A stretch of 57,878 nucleotides of DNA. It comes from a virus (lineage: Duplodnaviria > Caudoviricetes). The notes below the pieces were generated by a model that saw nothing but the letters and a program-made list of their open reading frames with translations, was not told the DNA's origin and did no database searches. The position numbers were made by a program, and so were the translations under genes. The stretch is taken from the IMG/VR virus record IMGVR_UViG_3300020045_009706, positions 1 to 57,878 of that record; one strand, given 5' to 3'. The first letter of the stretch is position 1. Every line of letters starts with the position of its first letter. Shown here in pieces: positions 1 to 9,872 of the stretch.

Positions 1-74
1 TTACCATTTTTAATCATAAATATATTGTACGACTATTCCTTTTATTTGTAAATAGTAATATAATTAAAAGAAAA

Positions 75-308
75 ATGTACATTATGAAAAATTGTAGCGA
101 GTGTCCACATCAATTAACTAAGCACCACATTAATCCACGTTCACGTGAATATATGGGAATAAATGGTGTATGCAAAGTACCACGTCTCTTGCATGAATTG
201 TACCATCACTTGTTTGGTAATATGAAACCATTTGAAATAATAGAGTGGCTTAATAAAACCTTTTGGAACGATATGTTTGAGATAACAATAAAGAAAAAAC
301 CACCCTAA
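75..308 (+). CDS. Small HNH-like nuclease-fold protein
   Basis: CxxC followed by HHINPRSR...LHELYHHLF resembles a minimal HNH motif. Confidence 0.45.
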   Translation: MYIMKNCSECPHQLTKHHINPRSREYMGINGVCKVPRLLHELYHHLFGNMKPFEIIEWLNKTFWNDMFEITIKKKPP

Positions 309-321
309 ACAGAGTGGTTTT
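296..321. terminator. Possible bidirectional terminator hairpin
   Basis: AAAACCAC...GTGGTTTT inverted repeat between convergent ORFs 75..308 and 333..584. Confidence 0.4.
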
Positions 322-332
322 CATTTCGCTAT

Positions 333-584
333 CTATTTAATTGTTGGTATAACTTTTATAACACCTAAGAAGTTACCTTTATCAGTTGTAAGTAGATTTT
401 TAATAATAGGGATTAAAAATCCTATAGCTGCCATAATAAATACATTTAATAAATCATGCCAATTCAATTCAAATATATTTCCTATTTCACTAATTCTTAT
501 AAACACAGCAAGCAATCCCCACATAAGACCATAAACTAATGCACTCCAAATATTTGCCCAACTCAATTTTAATATTCCATTCAT
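333..584 (-). CDS. Putative holin (module A)
   Basis: 83 aa, two hydrophobic helices, directly after the endolysin candidate. Confidence 0.55.
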   Translation of the reverse strand: MNGILKLSWANIWSALVYGLMWGLLAVFIRISEIGNIFELNWHDLLNVFIMAAIGFLIPIIKNLLTTDKGNFLGVIKVIPTIK

Positions 585-647
585 AAATTATTTACACCAT
601 AAGGTTATTAATATTAATGTAACTACTATTCCAATATATACCATATA

Positions 648-1622
648 TTACTTTAATAATGCTACTAATGTTTGAGGTCCGACAACCCCATCTCCTACTA
701 ATCCGTGTTCTACTTGAAAAGCTATAACTGCTAATTGCGTTTTTCTACCAAATATTCCATCAACATTTACTTTCAATAAACCTTGTAATTCTTTTACATC
801 ATCACCTCTCATTCCAATTCTGAGTGTTCTTTTAATTATTGTATTTGGAAGTTCTTGCCAATTATTTAATTTATCATTTACATAAGCACAGAATATCATT
901 CTATCATTTACATAATTTTCTGAAATAAATCTTAATCCATTTTCAGTTGAACTATGAAGTCCCCAACTATCTTGTATAAAAAGACCTTTTTTACCATCAA
1001 CCATTCCATAATCAATAGCTGTTACTGAGTGACGAACAATATCTTCTCTATTAGAACTTAATTGTGGTTTTGCGTCCCATTCTATTCTTGGAAATTGGAA
1101 CCATACCATAACAGGTTTTGCAACACCATCTTTTCTTCCATTTTCCATAATTGTCGCAATAGCATCTACACTAAAAGGTAATTGCCAATAATCTTTTATT
1201 CTAAATATCTTTGCTATTTCTTGGTCTGAAACTTTTCTTTTTAATGTAGCAATTTGAGATTCACCCATATTCATTGATGGTATAAGAACCTCTAATGTTA
1301 AACCTACATCTTTTAATAGTTGTAAAGCATTAACACCTATCATTCCAGCACTATCTCTATTGTCTCTAAAATTATATAAATCAGCAGAAAACTCAATAAA
1401 TTTACCTTCTTCAAGAAAGTTTTCAATACCACACATCAAATCACAAGTTTGCATAACACATGTTCCAGAACCATCTTGATTACGAACTGGAAATACTTTT
1501 ATGTCTCTAAAATTTTTTGGTTGCCATACAACTGGTCCAAACATAGCTACATCTTTTACGTAGTCTTTTGCTTTAGCTTCTTCACTTCTTGTATCGGGTA
1601 AACACCCTGTAAATGTTTCCAT
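648..1622 (-). CDS. Putative endolysin: papain-like cysteine peptidase plus C-terminal peptidoglycan-binding domain
   Basis: NQDGSGTC, HSVTAIDY and QDSWG papain-type motifs; LRIGMRGDDVKELQ...DGIFG...DGVVGPQT PG-binding motif. Confidence 0.8.
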   Translation of the reverse strand: METFTGCLPDTRSEEAKAKDYVKDVAMFGPVVWQPKNFRDIKVFPVRNQDGSGTCVMQTCDLMCGIENFLEEGKFIEFSADLYNFRDNRDSAGMIGVNALQLLKDVGLTLEVLIPSMNMGESQIATLKRKVSDQEIAKIFRIKDYWQLPFSVDAIATIMENGRKDGVAKPVMVWFQFPRIEWDAKPQLSSNREDIVRHSVTAIDYGMVDGKKGLFIQDSWGLHSSTENGLRFISENYVNDRMIFCAYVNDKLNNWQELPNTIIKRTLRIGMRGDDVKELQGLLKVNVDGIFGRKTQLAVIAFQVEHGLVGDGVVGPQTLVALLK

Positions 1623-1624
1623 AA

Positions 1625-2023
1625 TTATTTGCGAGGCATACGTTCCTCAATTATTGTTGATAATTTTGACACTTCCAAACCTAAAATATTTGTTGATTCT
1701 ACTAATTTATCTACTTTTTTATCAACTGTATTTGTATGGTTTGCTGCTAATATAAAAGCTTCATCTAATCTTTTACCCATATCACAAAATTTTTGTTGAT
1801 TAACTTCCATATACCATTGAAATTGTTTCTCTAAAACAGCAGCTTTATTTTCTACCTCTTTCTGAGAAATAATAGATGCCTTATCTTTCATATTTTCCTC
1901 TATTTTAATTTGTTCTTTTTCTGAACTAATTTGAGGATTTTTAAAGAAATGATATACAATAAATATAATTCCAATAAAACTTATTGACGACCCTATTAAA
2001 CTTACTATATCTAGTATATCCAT
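1625..2023 (-). CDS. Membrane-anchored coiled-coil protein of lysis cassette A
   Basis: N-terminal TM helix then coiled coil; positional equivalent of 47094..47387. Confidence 0.5.
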   Translation of the reverse strand: MDILDIVSLIGSSISFIGIIFIVYHFFKNPQISSEKEQIKIEENMKDKASIISQKEVENKAAVLEKQFQWYMEVNQQKFCDMGKRLDEAFILAANHTNTVDKKVDKLVESTNILGLEVSKLSTIIEERMPRK

Positions 2024-2031
2024 AATAATTT

Positions 2032-5000
2032 CTATTTACCTAATTTAGGTAGTTTATTTGATAATTTTTTCCATGTTTTACCATTATCTTTTGATACTTC
2101 TAATAATTCAGGTGGTACATTTTTTGTTGTCCAACCTTCATCTATTTTTTTAGTAGTTGTATCAACAAACTCTTGATATTCTTTTCCTAAATTCTTTTTT
2201 GTTGTTCTTAATAGTAAACCAGTACCAGCTGCTTCACCTTTTCCTATTTCTGGACTAAAATAAACACCCATACCAAATTGACCACGGTTTGGTTTTAACC
2301 CACTTTTTATTATACTATCTAAAGCACTAGGAGAAGTTTCATGATACCTATAATCATTTATTTCTGAGGTTTGCCCGGAACGAACACTATTTCCGTTTCC
2401 TCCTCTTCCTCCGTATTTTGCATAATCCTTTTTCTCAATAAGTTGTATTTTTCCATATGATTTTGTTGGCTTATTGCCAGTTAAACTTGTAAATGTCTTC
2501 AATTTCTTAGATAAACTATTGTCCATATCATACACAACAATATCCTTTTTGTAAATGGTAGCACCAGATACACCATTGGCATGTAAGACTTTTAATGCTT
2601 TGTCAGGATTTTTTACGTTTTCAAAAGAATATTTTGTACCATTACCTTTACCTTTTGTAAATAGAATAACAGCATCTTGGTTTGCTTTCTGTGCATTAGT
2701 AACAGCATAAGAAAGCTTATCACTCATCTTTCCTTTAACAACAACAGAGAAGCTTGGCTCAATACTACCTTCCCATGAACCAGCAACTCTTGTAACATTA
2801 TTAATTTTTATATTAAAATCTTTTGCAGTTGATTCTATATTGTTTACAAAACCTTTTGAACGTGTTGTTTCATAATATGGTGCTGTTTCACCTATTGTTT
2901 TTACTGGTTTTCCACGAAATGCAGTTATACCAATTTCACTATTTACACCCTGTCTTTTTGGTGATATAATAGGTTTTATGGAACTCTTACTTGGTGCTTT
3001 AATATTATTATATTTAATATTCCGATTACCTAGACTCTTTGAATAAGCTTCATCTACAGATGATTGTGTTTTACTTGGTAAATTTATAGTTTTACCACTA
3101 ACCATTTGAACTCTTGGAGCACCTTCTTTTGGTGCTGGTAACATTAATCTACCTGATTTTGCTAAATCAACAGCTCCTTGTATTATCTTATTTTTTGGTG
3201 GTGTAACTCCAGCAGCTCCTCCAAGTGCTCTTTTTAACATTGAACCTCTTATTCTACCACCTAATTCACCTCCAACAACAGTACCAACAGCCGAACCCGG
3301 AATACCACCTATCATTGCACCAGCTGCTCCACCAACAATATTACCAGATATTTGAGCAAAGTATTTTCCAAGTTTTCCACCTTTAACCCTTTTACCATCA
3401 AGACGTTTTAGGAAAGCAATATCATCAAGATATTTTCCAATCTCTTTGTTTATATCCTCAATTTTATATGTTTTTCCATTAAGTTCTATTTTAACATTAC
3501 TATTTTTTTCAACTGTTTTTTTATAACCCCTTGCAATAGCTTTTTTGTAAACTTTATTTTCAGCTGGTGTAAGATAATTTATTCCATTTGTTGTACTTAT
3601 TTTAGCATCATGAACAAGAGTAAGTGGTATATTTCCATTTTGGTCTGCTTTTAATCTAAGACCTCTAATTTCCTTTTTAATATTATTTAAAGAATTTATT
3701 AAATCAGCACCTTCTATTTTACTATTTCTAACAGCATCAGCAAGTTCTCTTTCAACAACATTAAGATTTACTTTTTCACCACTTCTTTCAAGATTATTTC
3801 TAACTACATTTTCAGAACCGTCAATAGTTAATGCTTTATATTGTTTAATAGCATTGTTTGTTCTAATCAATCCATTTTCATCTACAGCATCAACTAAAAC
3901 ATCAGTTTGTGCAATTCTACGTCTACTTGCAACACCTTCATCAGCTGAGAAGCCACTTGCTTTTCTCATATTGACATAATTATTATCAATAGCCGCAAGT
4001 TCTTTTTCTCTTGCAGATATTATCTTTTCTGGTGTTTTTGTAAATGTATTTTTGATTGCTTTACCAGTAACATCAAAAGGTTTTGCAACAATATCTTCTG
4101 CAACATTTGCACCTTTTGTTATAGCTTTACTCATTGTTTCTGGAAGAATATTATGTGTAGCAGCAAATTCTGTAATAGCTTTAGAACCCTTAGAAGCAAC
4201 ATCTTTCAATACTTGTGGTGTAATTTTTCCAACAACTTTTCCAGTTGCATTCAATAATGGTTGACCAACAAGACCTAATACTTTAGCACCTCCTGCACCT
4301 AATGCAGCTTGAAATGCTGTCTGTAAACTAAATAGGTAATTACCTTCTTCCATAGAGGCACCAACTCCAAAAGCAGCACCACCAGAAGCAAGTCCCGGCA
4401 TTCCAAAAGCTACTGTTTGAATACCACGTCCAATATCTTTCTTTAAATCAGCAGTATTTTGTGGTATAGGTGCAACAAATCCACCTAGTTTTTCTTTACT
4501 AAATTTATCCATTTCTGCTGTATTATCACCTTTTTTCAATAATTCATATCCAAGTTGAACTGGTCTTGCAAGCATTGTAAGTGGTGCTTTTACTAAACTC
4601 TTTAAAAATCCATCTTTCTTTTCAACTGGTTGTTCTGGTATAATTTCAGATGCTTCTGCTTTAGGTGTTGTTGATTTTAATTTTTGGTAATTAATAGCAA
4701 CCGCTTTTGCATAAGCAGGTGTATCATAATTAACACCATATTTATTAACTCCTCTAACATTTTCTTTATAAGCATCTGGTCTACCTTCACCAGCATTCCA
4801 CATAGAAGCAATTTGTCCAACATTTTTACCTTCATCTTTCCATTTCTTTATTTTTGTATATGCAACCTTATTCTGATTTTGAGGTGTCATTGGTGCATTT
4901 TCATCTCCTAATACTTCTTTTGCATAACCTTTCCATGTTGGTTGTGTAAATTGATAAGCACCAAATTCACCAGATTTTCCTTTAATAGTAAAGTTACCAC

Positions 5001-5067
5001 CACTTTCATGTTGTCTAATTGCTTTAGCTAAGTTTACGGCATCTTGGTCTAATTGTTTTGGTTCCAT
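2032..5067 (-). CDS. Large ejection/internal virion protein: N-terminal lysozyme-like domain, C-terminal ADP-ribosyltransferase-like domain
   Basis: QHESGGN...GAYQF...WNAG at N-terminus; Gly/Ala hydrophobic segments; YHETS...GLKP...GVYFS at C-terminus. Confidence 0.65.
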   Translation of the reverse strand: MEPKQLDQDAVNLAKAIRQHESGGNFTIKGKSGEFGAYQFTQPTWKGYAKEVLGDENAPMTPQNQNKVAYTKIKKWKDEGKNVGQIASMWNAGEGRPDAYKENVRGVNKYGVNYDTPAYAKAVAINYQKLKSTTPKAEASEIIPEQPVEKKDGFLKSLVKAPLTMLARPVQLGYELLKKGDNTAEMDKFSKEKLGGFVAPIPQNTADLKKDIGRGIQTVAFGMPGLASGGAAFGVGASMEEGNYLFSLQTAFQAALGAGGAKVLGLVGQPLLNATGKVVGKITPQVLKDVASKGSKAITEFAATHNILPETMSKAITKGANVAEDIVAKPFDVTGKAIKNTFTKTPEKIISAREKELAAIDNNYVNMRKASGFSADEGVASRRRIAQTDVLVDAVDENGLIRTNNAIKQYKALTIDGSENVVRNNLERSGEKVNLNVVERELADAVRNSKIEGADLINSLNNIKKEIRGLRLKADQNGNIPLTLVHDAKISTTNGINYLTPAENKVYKKAIARGYKKTVEKNSNVKIELNGKTYKIEDINKEIGKYLDDIAFLKRLDGKRVKGGKLGKYFAQISGNIVGGAAGAMIGGIPGSAVGTVVGGELGGRIRGSMLKRALGGAAGVTPPKNKIIQGAVDLAKSGRLMLPAPKEGAPRVQMVSGKTINLPSKTQSSVDEAYSKSLGNRNIKYNNIKAPSKSSIKPIISPKRQGVNSEIGITAFRGKPVKTIGETAPYYETTRSKGFVNNIESTAKDFNIKINNVTRVAGSWEGSIEPSFSVVVKGKMSDKLSYAVTNAQKANQDAVILFTKGKGNGTKYSFENVKNPDKALKVLHANGVSGATIYKKDIVVYDMDNSLSKKLKTFTSLTGNKPTKSYGKIQLIEKKDYAKYGGRGGNGNSVRSGQTSEINDYRYHETSPSALDSIIKSGLKPNRGQFGMGVYFSPEIGKGEAAGTGLLLRTTKKNLGKEYQEFVDTTTKKIDEGWTTKNVPPELLEVSKDNGKTWKKLSNKLPKLGK

Positions 5068-5079
5068 ATAGTTTTTTAA

Positions 5080-6558
5080 TTACCAACTCCATAAATCTTC
5101 AGTCGCACCATCTGAAGAATTTCCATAAGTATTGACAGCTTTTTCCCATCTACCTAAACTTTCATCTATTAATTTCAATTGTTTAACAACATTTTCTGAT
5201 GATTGATTCATACTAAGTGCTCCAAGAGCAGAAGCAAGCCATGCACCTTCTCTATCAGATACTTGACCAAGAGCACCACCAGTTTTAGAAGCTTCTCTCA
5301 TTGCTGTAAGAGATGCTGGAATTAAGTTACCTTTCAAATAATCAAGTTGAGCTTCATAATTTCTAAAATCATCACTTCTTAACATTGCTGGAATTGGTGC
5401 TGCTGCACTTTTACCAAATATACTTGGATTCTTTACTGCAATATCCATCAAACCTTTAACTGCTTGTTTTCCTTGAACTGCAATTTGTGCAAGATAAGGA
5501 GATGTTTCAGGTGTAACTTCAACACCAGAAATTGCTTGAGCTACTGCACCTCTATATTCTTCTGGAATATTTTCTAGTTTTGTTTTACCACTTAATACAG
5601 CATCAGCATAAGCATCAGCTGTTGGGTCTGTACCTTGTTTATAAGTTCCACCAAAATCTTGAACATTACCACTCATTGCAATAACATTTCCTTTTGCATC
5701 ATATCTAACTTGGTCTTTACCCAATGTAAATCCTTCAGCTGCTGTAGTTTTATCTGCTTCTGCTTGTGCAATTTCAGCTTCATAAACTGATTTACCTGCA
5801 CCTATCATTTGATTATATATATCTTTTGATACACCTGCTGTTCTGGCTGCTGCTGATTCTCTTAATGCCAAATCTGCAAGTTCTGAATTACTACGTCTTG
5901 CTGATAAAGCAGCTGATTCTCTTGCTCCTTCAACTGTACCTCCTATTCTATCTAATGTTTCTTCATATAATCTACGAGCTTGTAATTCTTTTGCTTCACT
6001 TTCATTTTGAATACCTGCTAATCTTTCATAATCTTCAGTCATTTTGGTATTTGCTGTTTTAAGTGACTCTGGGTCAAACATTGACTTTAAATAGGTTAAA
6101 TAAGGACTTTCTTGTGTTTTAGGTGGAGCTACGGTCTCCATAGAGGCCCCTCCAAATTGATTGGTTACAGTTTCATTACCTTTAACCACTGGTTTACCAC
6201 CTAGCATATCTGGAGCACCAATACTTTCTCCATATGCTGTTCTGGCACCAGTTACTTTGTCATAAGTATCTTGTACAAATTTTTCTCCAGCTGGTGGCAA
6301 TACGGTTGTTTTCTTTTTCTCAACTGGTGGTTTAATAACCGTTCCACTTGAATTAGTAGCTGATGGATTTGCATATGACATATTTTGACCGGGTTTTGTT
6401 GCATAAGACATATTTGGGGCATATGACATATTTTGAGTTGACGTTATTTTTGGTTTTGAAATACCATAAGAAGTAGAAGCACTTGGTAATGGTAATCCAA
6501 ATTGTTTATTTAGGAAATTATTTATTCCTGATATTGGGTTTTTATTTGTTGGGTACAT
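5080..6558 (-). CDS. Ejection/internal virion protein (module A)
   Basis: Low-complexity N-terminus, coiled coil; shares EGFTLGKDQVRYDA and GxxSDxE motifs with 49040..50908; follows the adaptor gene. Confidence 0.55.
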   Translation of the reverse strand: MYPTNKNPISGINNFLNKQFGLPLPSASTSYGISKPKITSTQNMSYAPNMSYATKPGQNMSYANPSATNSSGTVIKPPVEKKKTTVLPPAGEKFVQDTYDKVTGARTAYGESIGAPDMLGGKPVVKGNETVTNQFGGASMETVAPPKTQESPYLTYLKSMFDPESLKTANTKMTEDYERLAGIQNESEAKELQARRLYEETLDRIGGTVEGARESAALSARRSNSELADLALRESAAARTAGVSKDIYNQMIGAGKSVYEAEIAQAEADKTTAAEGFTLGKDQVRYDAKGNVIAMSGNVQDFGGTYKQGTDPTADAYADAVLSGKTKLENIPEEYRGAVAQAISGVEVTPETSPYLAQIAVQGKQAVKGLMDIAVKNPSIFGKSAAAPIPAMLRSDDFRNYEAQLDYLKGNLIPASLTAMREASKTGGALGQVSDREGAWLASALGALSMNQSSENVVKQLKLIDESLGRWEKAVNTYGNSSDGATEDLWSW

Positions 6559-6576
6559 AAATTTATAATTTTATTA

Positions 6577-7563
6577 TTAAAATCCAGATGCTTGCGACCA
6601 AGGGAAATAATATGGTGCTTGCTGGAAGTTTGAATTGTGTGCAAATGGTGGTATATATGCACCTTCTTCTGTTTCACCTTCATTAGATAACATTTCTAAC
6701 ATTAAACCACCATATTCATTTGAATAACCAGCTTCTTTACCTCCGTCATATTTCATCCAATAAGTTTTTCCTCTTTGTAAGTCATTTTGATTATCCCAAT
6801 AAACAGCTGCTGAACGTTGCACGACTCCAACGTCATATGCTTCTGGTATAACTGAACATTGTCCTATTGTATAAGCTGCTGCACCTGCTGCAATGCTTGT
6901 TCCTTCATATGGTTTAACTAATCCAATTGATGTAGCAGATGTAAAACTTCCAATTTCATACCAAAATCCATCACCACCTTTTGCTGCTGTTGTTGGTGTT
7001 ATCTGAATATATCGTCCAACCATATCTGCTGTCCAAGTAGTACTATCACCAACAATTGCAGTTCCTCCATTTGCAACAGAAACTATTGTTCCAGTTGTAT
7101 AATCGGCAATACTTAAATCTCTTGTCTGGAGTCTACCACGAAGTGTTATTAAATTTCCAGTAGTATCTGGTATAGGAATTATTTTGAAAGTTTTATTTTC
7201 AACATAAGTAAAATAAGGTACAGAACCAGTTCCTAATCTCATTTGTTTAATATTTTTCCATTTAGTTGGGTCAAATATCATTTCTGGTGAATATATAACA
7301 TCAGCTGAGGTTCCTGCTCCACTATAAATATATACATCAATCAATTTTCTAAAACTATTTGGAATTTGATAAGATTCTTGACTTGCAACAGTTGTCATGT
7401 CTTTTGTTGTTTCAAGAAAGCGTAATTTACCACCTTGTAAATTACAAATTGTTCTAATACTATCATTAAGAGCAATATCAATTGCAGTCATTGCATTTGT
7501 GTCACTTGTATTGACATTGCATTGTTTTGCTATATCATTTCTAAATTTTGTGTATGTTCGCAT
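6577..7563 (-). CDS. Head-tail adaptor / tail connector (module A)
   Basis: Clear homolog of 50932..51915 (TICNLQGGKLRFLE, NEGETEEGAYIPPF); podovirus adaptor position. Confidence 0.55.
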   Translation of the reverse strand: MRTYTKFRNDIAKQCNVNTSDTNAMTAIDIALNDSIRTICNLQGGKLRFLETTKDMTTVASQESYQIPNSFRKLIDVYIYSGAGTSADVIYSPEMIFDPTKWKNIKQMRLGTGSVPYFTYVENKTFKIIPIPDTTGNLITLRGRLQTRDLSIADYTTGTIVSVANGGTAIVGDSTTWTADMVGRYIQITPTTAAKGGDGFWYEIGSFTSATSIGLVKPYEGTSIAAGAAAYTIGQCSVIPEAYDVGVVQRSAAVYWDNQNDLQRGKTYWMKYDGGKEAGYSNEYGGLMLEMLSNEGETEEGAYIPPFAHNSNFQQAPYYFPWSQASGF

Positions 7564-7572
7564 ATATTTATT

Positions 7573-9375
7573 TTATGGATTAATTTTAATATCTTCATTA
7601 CTAACTAAAGCAAATCTTTGAAATTCATCATCACCAGTAAAAGTCATACAACATTTTATTTGAATACGAGTATTATTATCACCTATACTCATTTGTTCCC
7701 ATGATTTTATCTGACCTGAAATTTCTGGAAATATTTTTATCCATTTCTGAAATCTTGCTTTTGCTGTTCCATTTGTTACACCTGTTGCAACTGTATCTAT
7801 TGTTACAGTATATGTTCCAGCATTATTAACTATACTTGTAATATGTGCACAAACAGAACCACCTGTTCCTTGTAACACTTCAACCTCTCCTCCTATTGTA
7901 CCATTAAAACCAGCTGCTGTGGGCCCGTATGCTGTTATATTTGTAGTTGTTGTAAAAGTAGTAGTACTTGTCCATGTTATAGTTGCATAAACTGGATTTT
8001 CTTCATTTAATCTATATTTGAATACAATAGTATCTGTTGAAGCAAGAAGGCGTTTATATATTGCCCATAAACGAATCCATTTATCTTCAACTTCTTCTGA
8101 ATTAAACCAAGTTGTAACAAAATATCCTTTTTTCTGAACTGTATTATTTGAATCATCTAATAAAATAGCTGAAGCTGTAGTTGTTGCATCTGTAAAATAT
8201 GTTGCACCACATAGTATTGTACCATTTCTTGTTGCTGAATCTGATGCCCAATTTACATCACTTAAACCGCCAACACGTGATAAACGATTTTGTCCAAAAT
8301 CTGTAATAGTAGCACTTGCAACAGGATTATATGTAAGTGAATATTTATGTGTAAAACCATATTCTGGTGACCATTCCCATATTCCAGATGGAAGATTTTC
8401 TAAAATAGTAGCACCATTATCCTCTAATTCATTATCTATAAGTGCAAGAATTGTACCATTTTTAGTTGGCATTAATCCATTTGGGTGAATAAATCTATTA
8501 TTATCAAGTGAATTAATATTTTTTGGAAGTGTTGATAAATATGGTAAACGTCCAACTTCTTCAAAGTTATAACCAACAAATTTATATAATATACCATTTG
8601 AATCCATTGCATATGGAATATCGTCCATAACTGTTATTGCCATTATTCCTGCAGCATTTTCAATTTTAAATTCTTTTGTAACTTGTGATGAAATACCGTC
8701 CCATTGATATATCTTTGCTGTTGGTAAATTTGTCCTTTGTAATATACCAATCCATATATATTCAGAATTTGAAGTTATACATGTAATAAAGTCAATTAAA
8801 CCTGCACCACCTAAATCTATAGAATAATCACTAGTATCAGAAACAGTCCATGATGTATTTATTGAACAAATATCATTAGATGTATTTGTATAATAAAGTC
8901 TATTAAATTTCTGAAAATAAGTCATCATATGTGGTGTTCCAGTATTTAAAGTATCTCTACTTGTCCAAGTACCACCAGTTGCAGCATCAAGACTTAATAA
9001 AGCATCAGTAGTTGTTGTAACTAATACACTATTAAAGAAAATAATATCTGATTCATCTGGTGTATAATCTGTAGCAGCACCTGTTGAAGCATCTTCTGCA
9101 AATGTTAAATCTGGTGTTGCTCCAGAACTTACAAAAACTCTTGTACCAGCAATAGTAAATATTTTTGATTGAAATCTTACAAAACCAATAGCACAACCTA
9201 AATCTGCATCATCAGCTGATGATGTATTAATTTTAAGTCTAGGTGCTAATTTTATAGTTCCTAAATTACTTTGAAAATCAAGACCCATTGTAGACCATAA
9301 AGAACCCAAATCATCTGAACGATTAGTCTGTAAATAAGTATAATTTTGATTTTTTGGTGGAAAGAAATTTTTCAT
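7573..9375 (-). CDS. Tail nozzle/stabilisation-type protein, probable beta-propeller (module A)
   Basis: 600 aa, beta-rich repeats, adjacent to adaptor; positional equivalent of 51920..53488. Confidence 0.5.
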   Translation of the reverse strand: MKNFFPPKNQNYTYLQTNRSDDLGSLWSTMGLDFQSNLGTIKLAPRLKINTSSADDADLGCAIGFVRFQSKIFTIAGTRVFVSSGATPDLTFAEDASTGAATDYTPDESDIIFFNSVLVTTTTDALLSLDAATGGTWTSRDTLNTGTPHMMTYFQKFNRLYYTNTSNDICSINTSWTVSDTSDYSIDLGGAGLIDFITCITSNSEYIWIGILQRTNLPTAKIYQWDGISSQVTKEFKIENAAGIMAITVMDDIPYAMDSNGILYKFVGYNFEEVGRLPYLSTLPKNINSLDNNRFIHPNGLMPTKNGTILALIDNELEDNGATILENLPSGIWEWSPEYGFTHKYSLTYNPVASATITDFGQNRLSRVGGLSDVNWASDSATRNGTILCGATYFTDATTTASAILLDDSNNTVQKKGYFVTTWFNSEEVEDKWIRLWAIYKRLLASTDTIVFKYRLNEENPVYATITWTSTTTFTTTTNITAYGPTAAGFNGTIGGEVEVLQGTGGSVCAHITSIVNNAGTYTVTIDTVATGVTNGTAKARFQKWIKIFPEISGQIKSWEQMSIGDNNTRIQIKCCMTFTGDDEFQRFALVSNEDIKINP

Positions 9376-9376
9376 A

Positions 9377-9868
9377 TTATGGTTCTAAATAAAAATAAAT
9401 AAATTGACGGCCTACACCAACATCTGTAATATCAACTATACTACCAACATCTCCAGAAACAGTAGTAATTTGAAATGAAGTTCCACTAGGATTTATAACA
9501 TAATAATCAGTTGCACCACTTGTATCAATTGGTGCAGGCGCAGTATTTTCAGTGGTAAACCATATTTGTGTTCCTGCTATAAATACTTTACCTAATACTA
9601 TTAATAAATCATTTGTAATATCAACAGTATATTGTAAGAGTGTATTTCTAAAAACATCAAATTGTTTTTCTGCTTGTTTACCTAAATATCTTGTTATATA
9701 ACTTCCCGGTAAGTCACCTTCTGTTGTAAGTTCTTCTGTTATGTGCATAAAATATCTTTGAAGAATTGCTTGACTTTGTATATCAAATGGAAAAGTAAGT
9801 TGCTGACGAGTTCTTTCTTCTTTCCATTTCTCAAGTGCAGCTATTCTATTTTCTAAATTTTTATCCAT
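9377..9868 (-). CDS. Hypothetical tail protein
   Basis: Tightly packed ORF in tail operon. Confidence 0.45.
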   Translation of the reverse strand: MDKNLENRIAALEKWKEERTRQQLTFPFDIQSQAILQRYFMHITEELTTEGDLPGSYITRYLGKQAEKQFDVFRNTLLQYTVDITNDLLIVLGKVFIAGTQIWFTTENTAPAPIDTSGATDYYVINPSGTSFQITTVSGDVGSIVDITDVGVGRQFIYFYLEP

Positions 9869-9872
9869 AATT

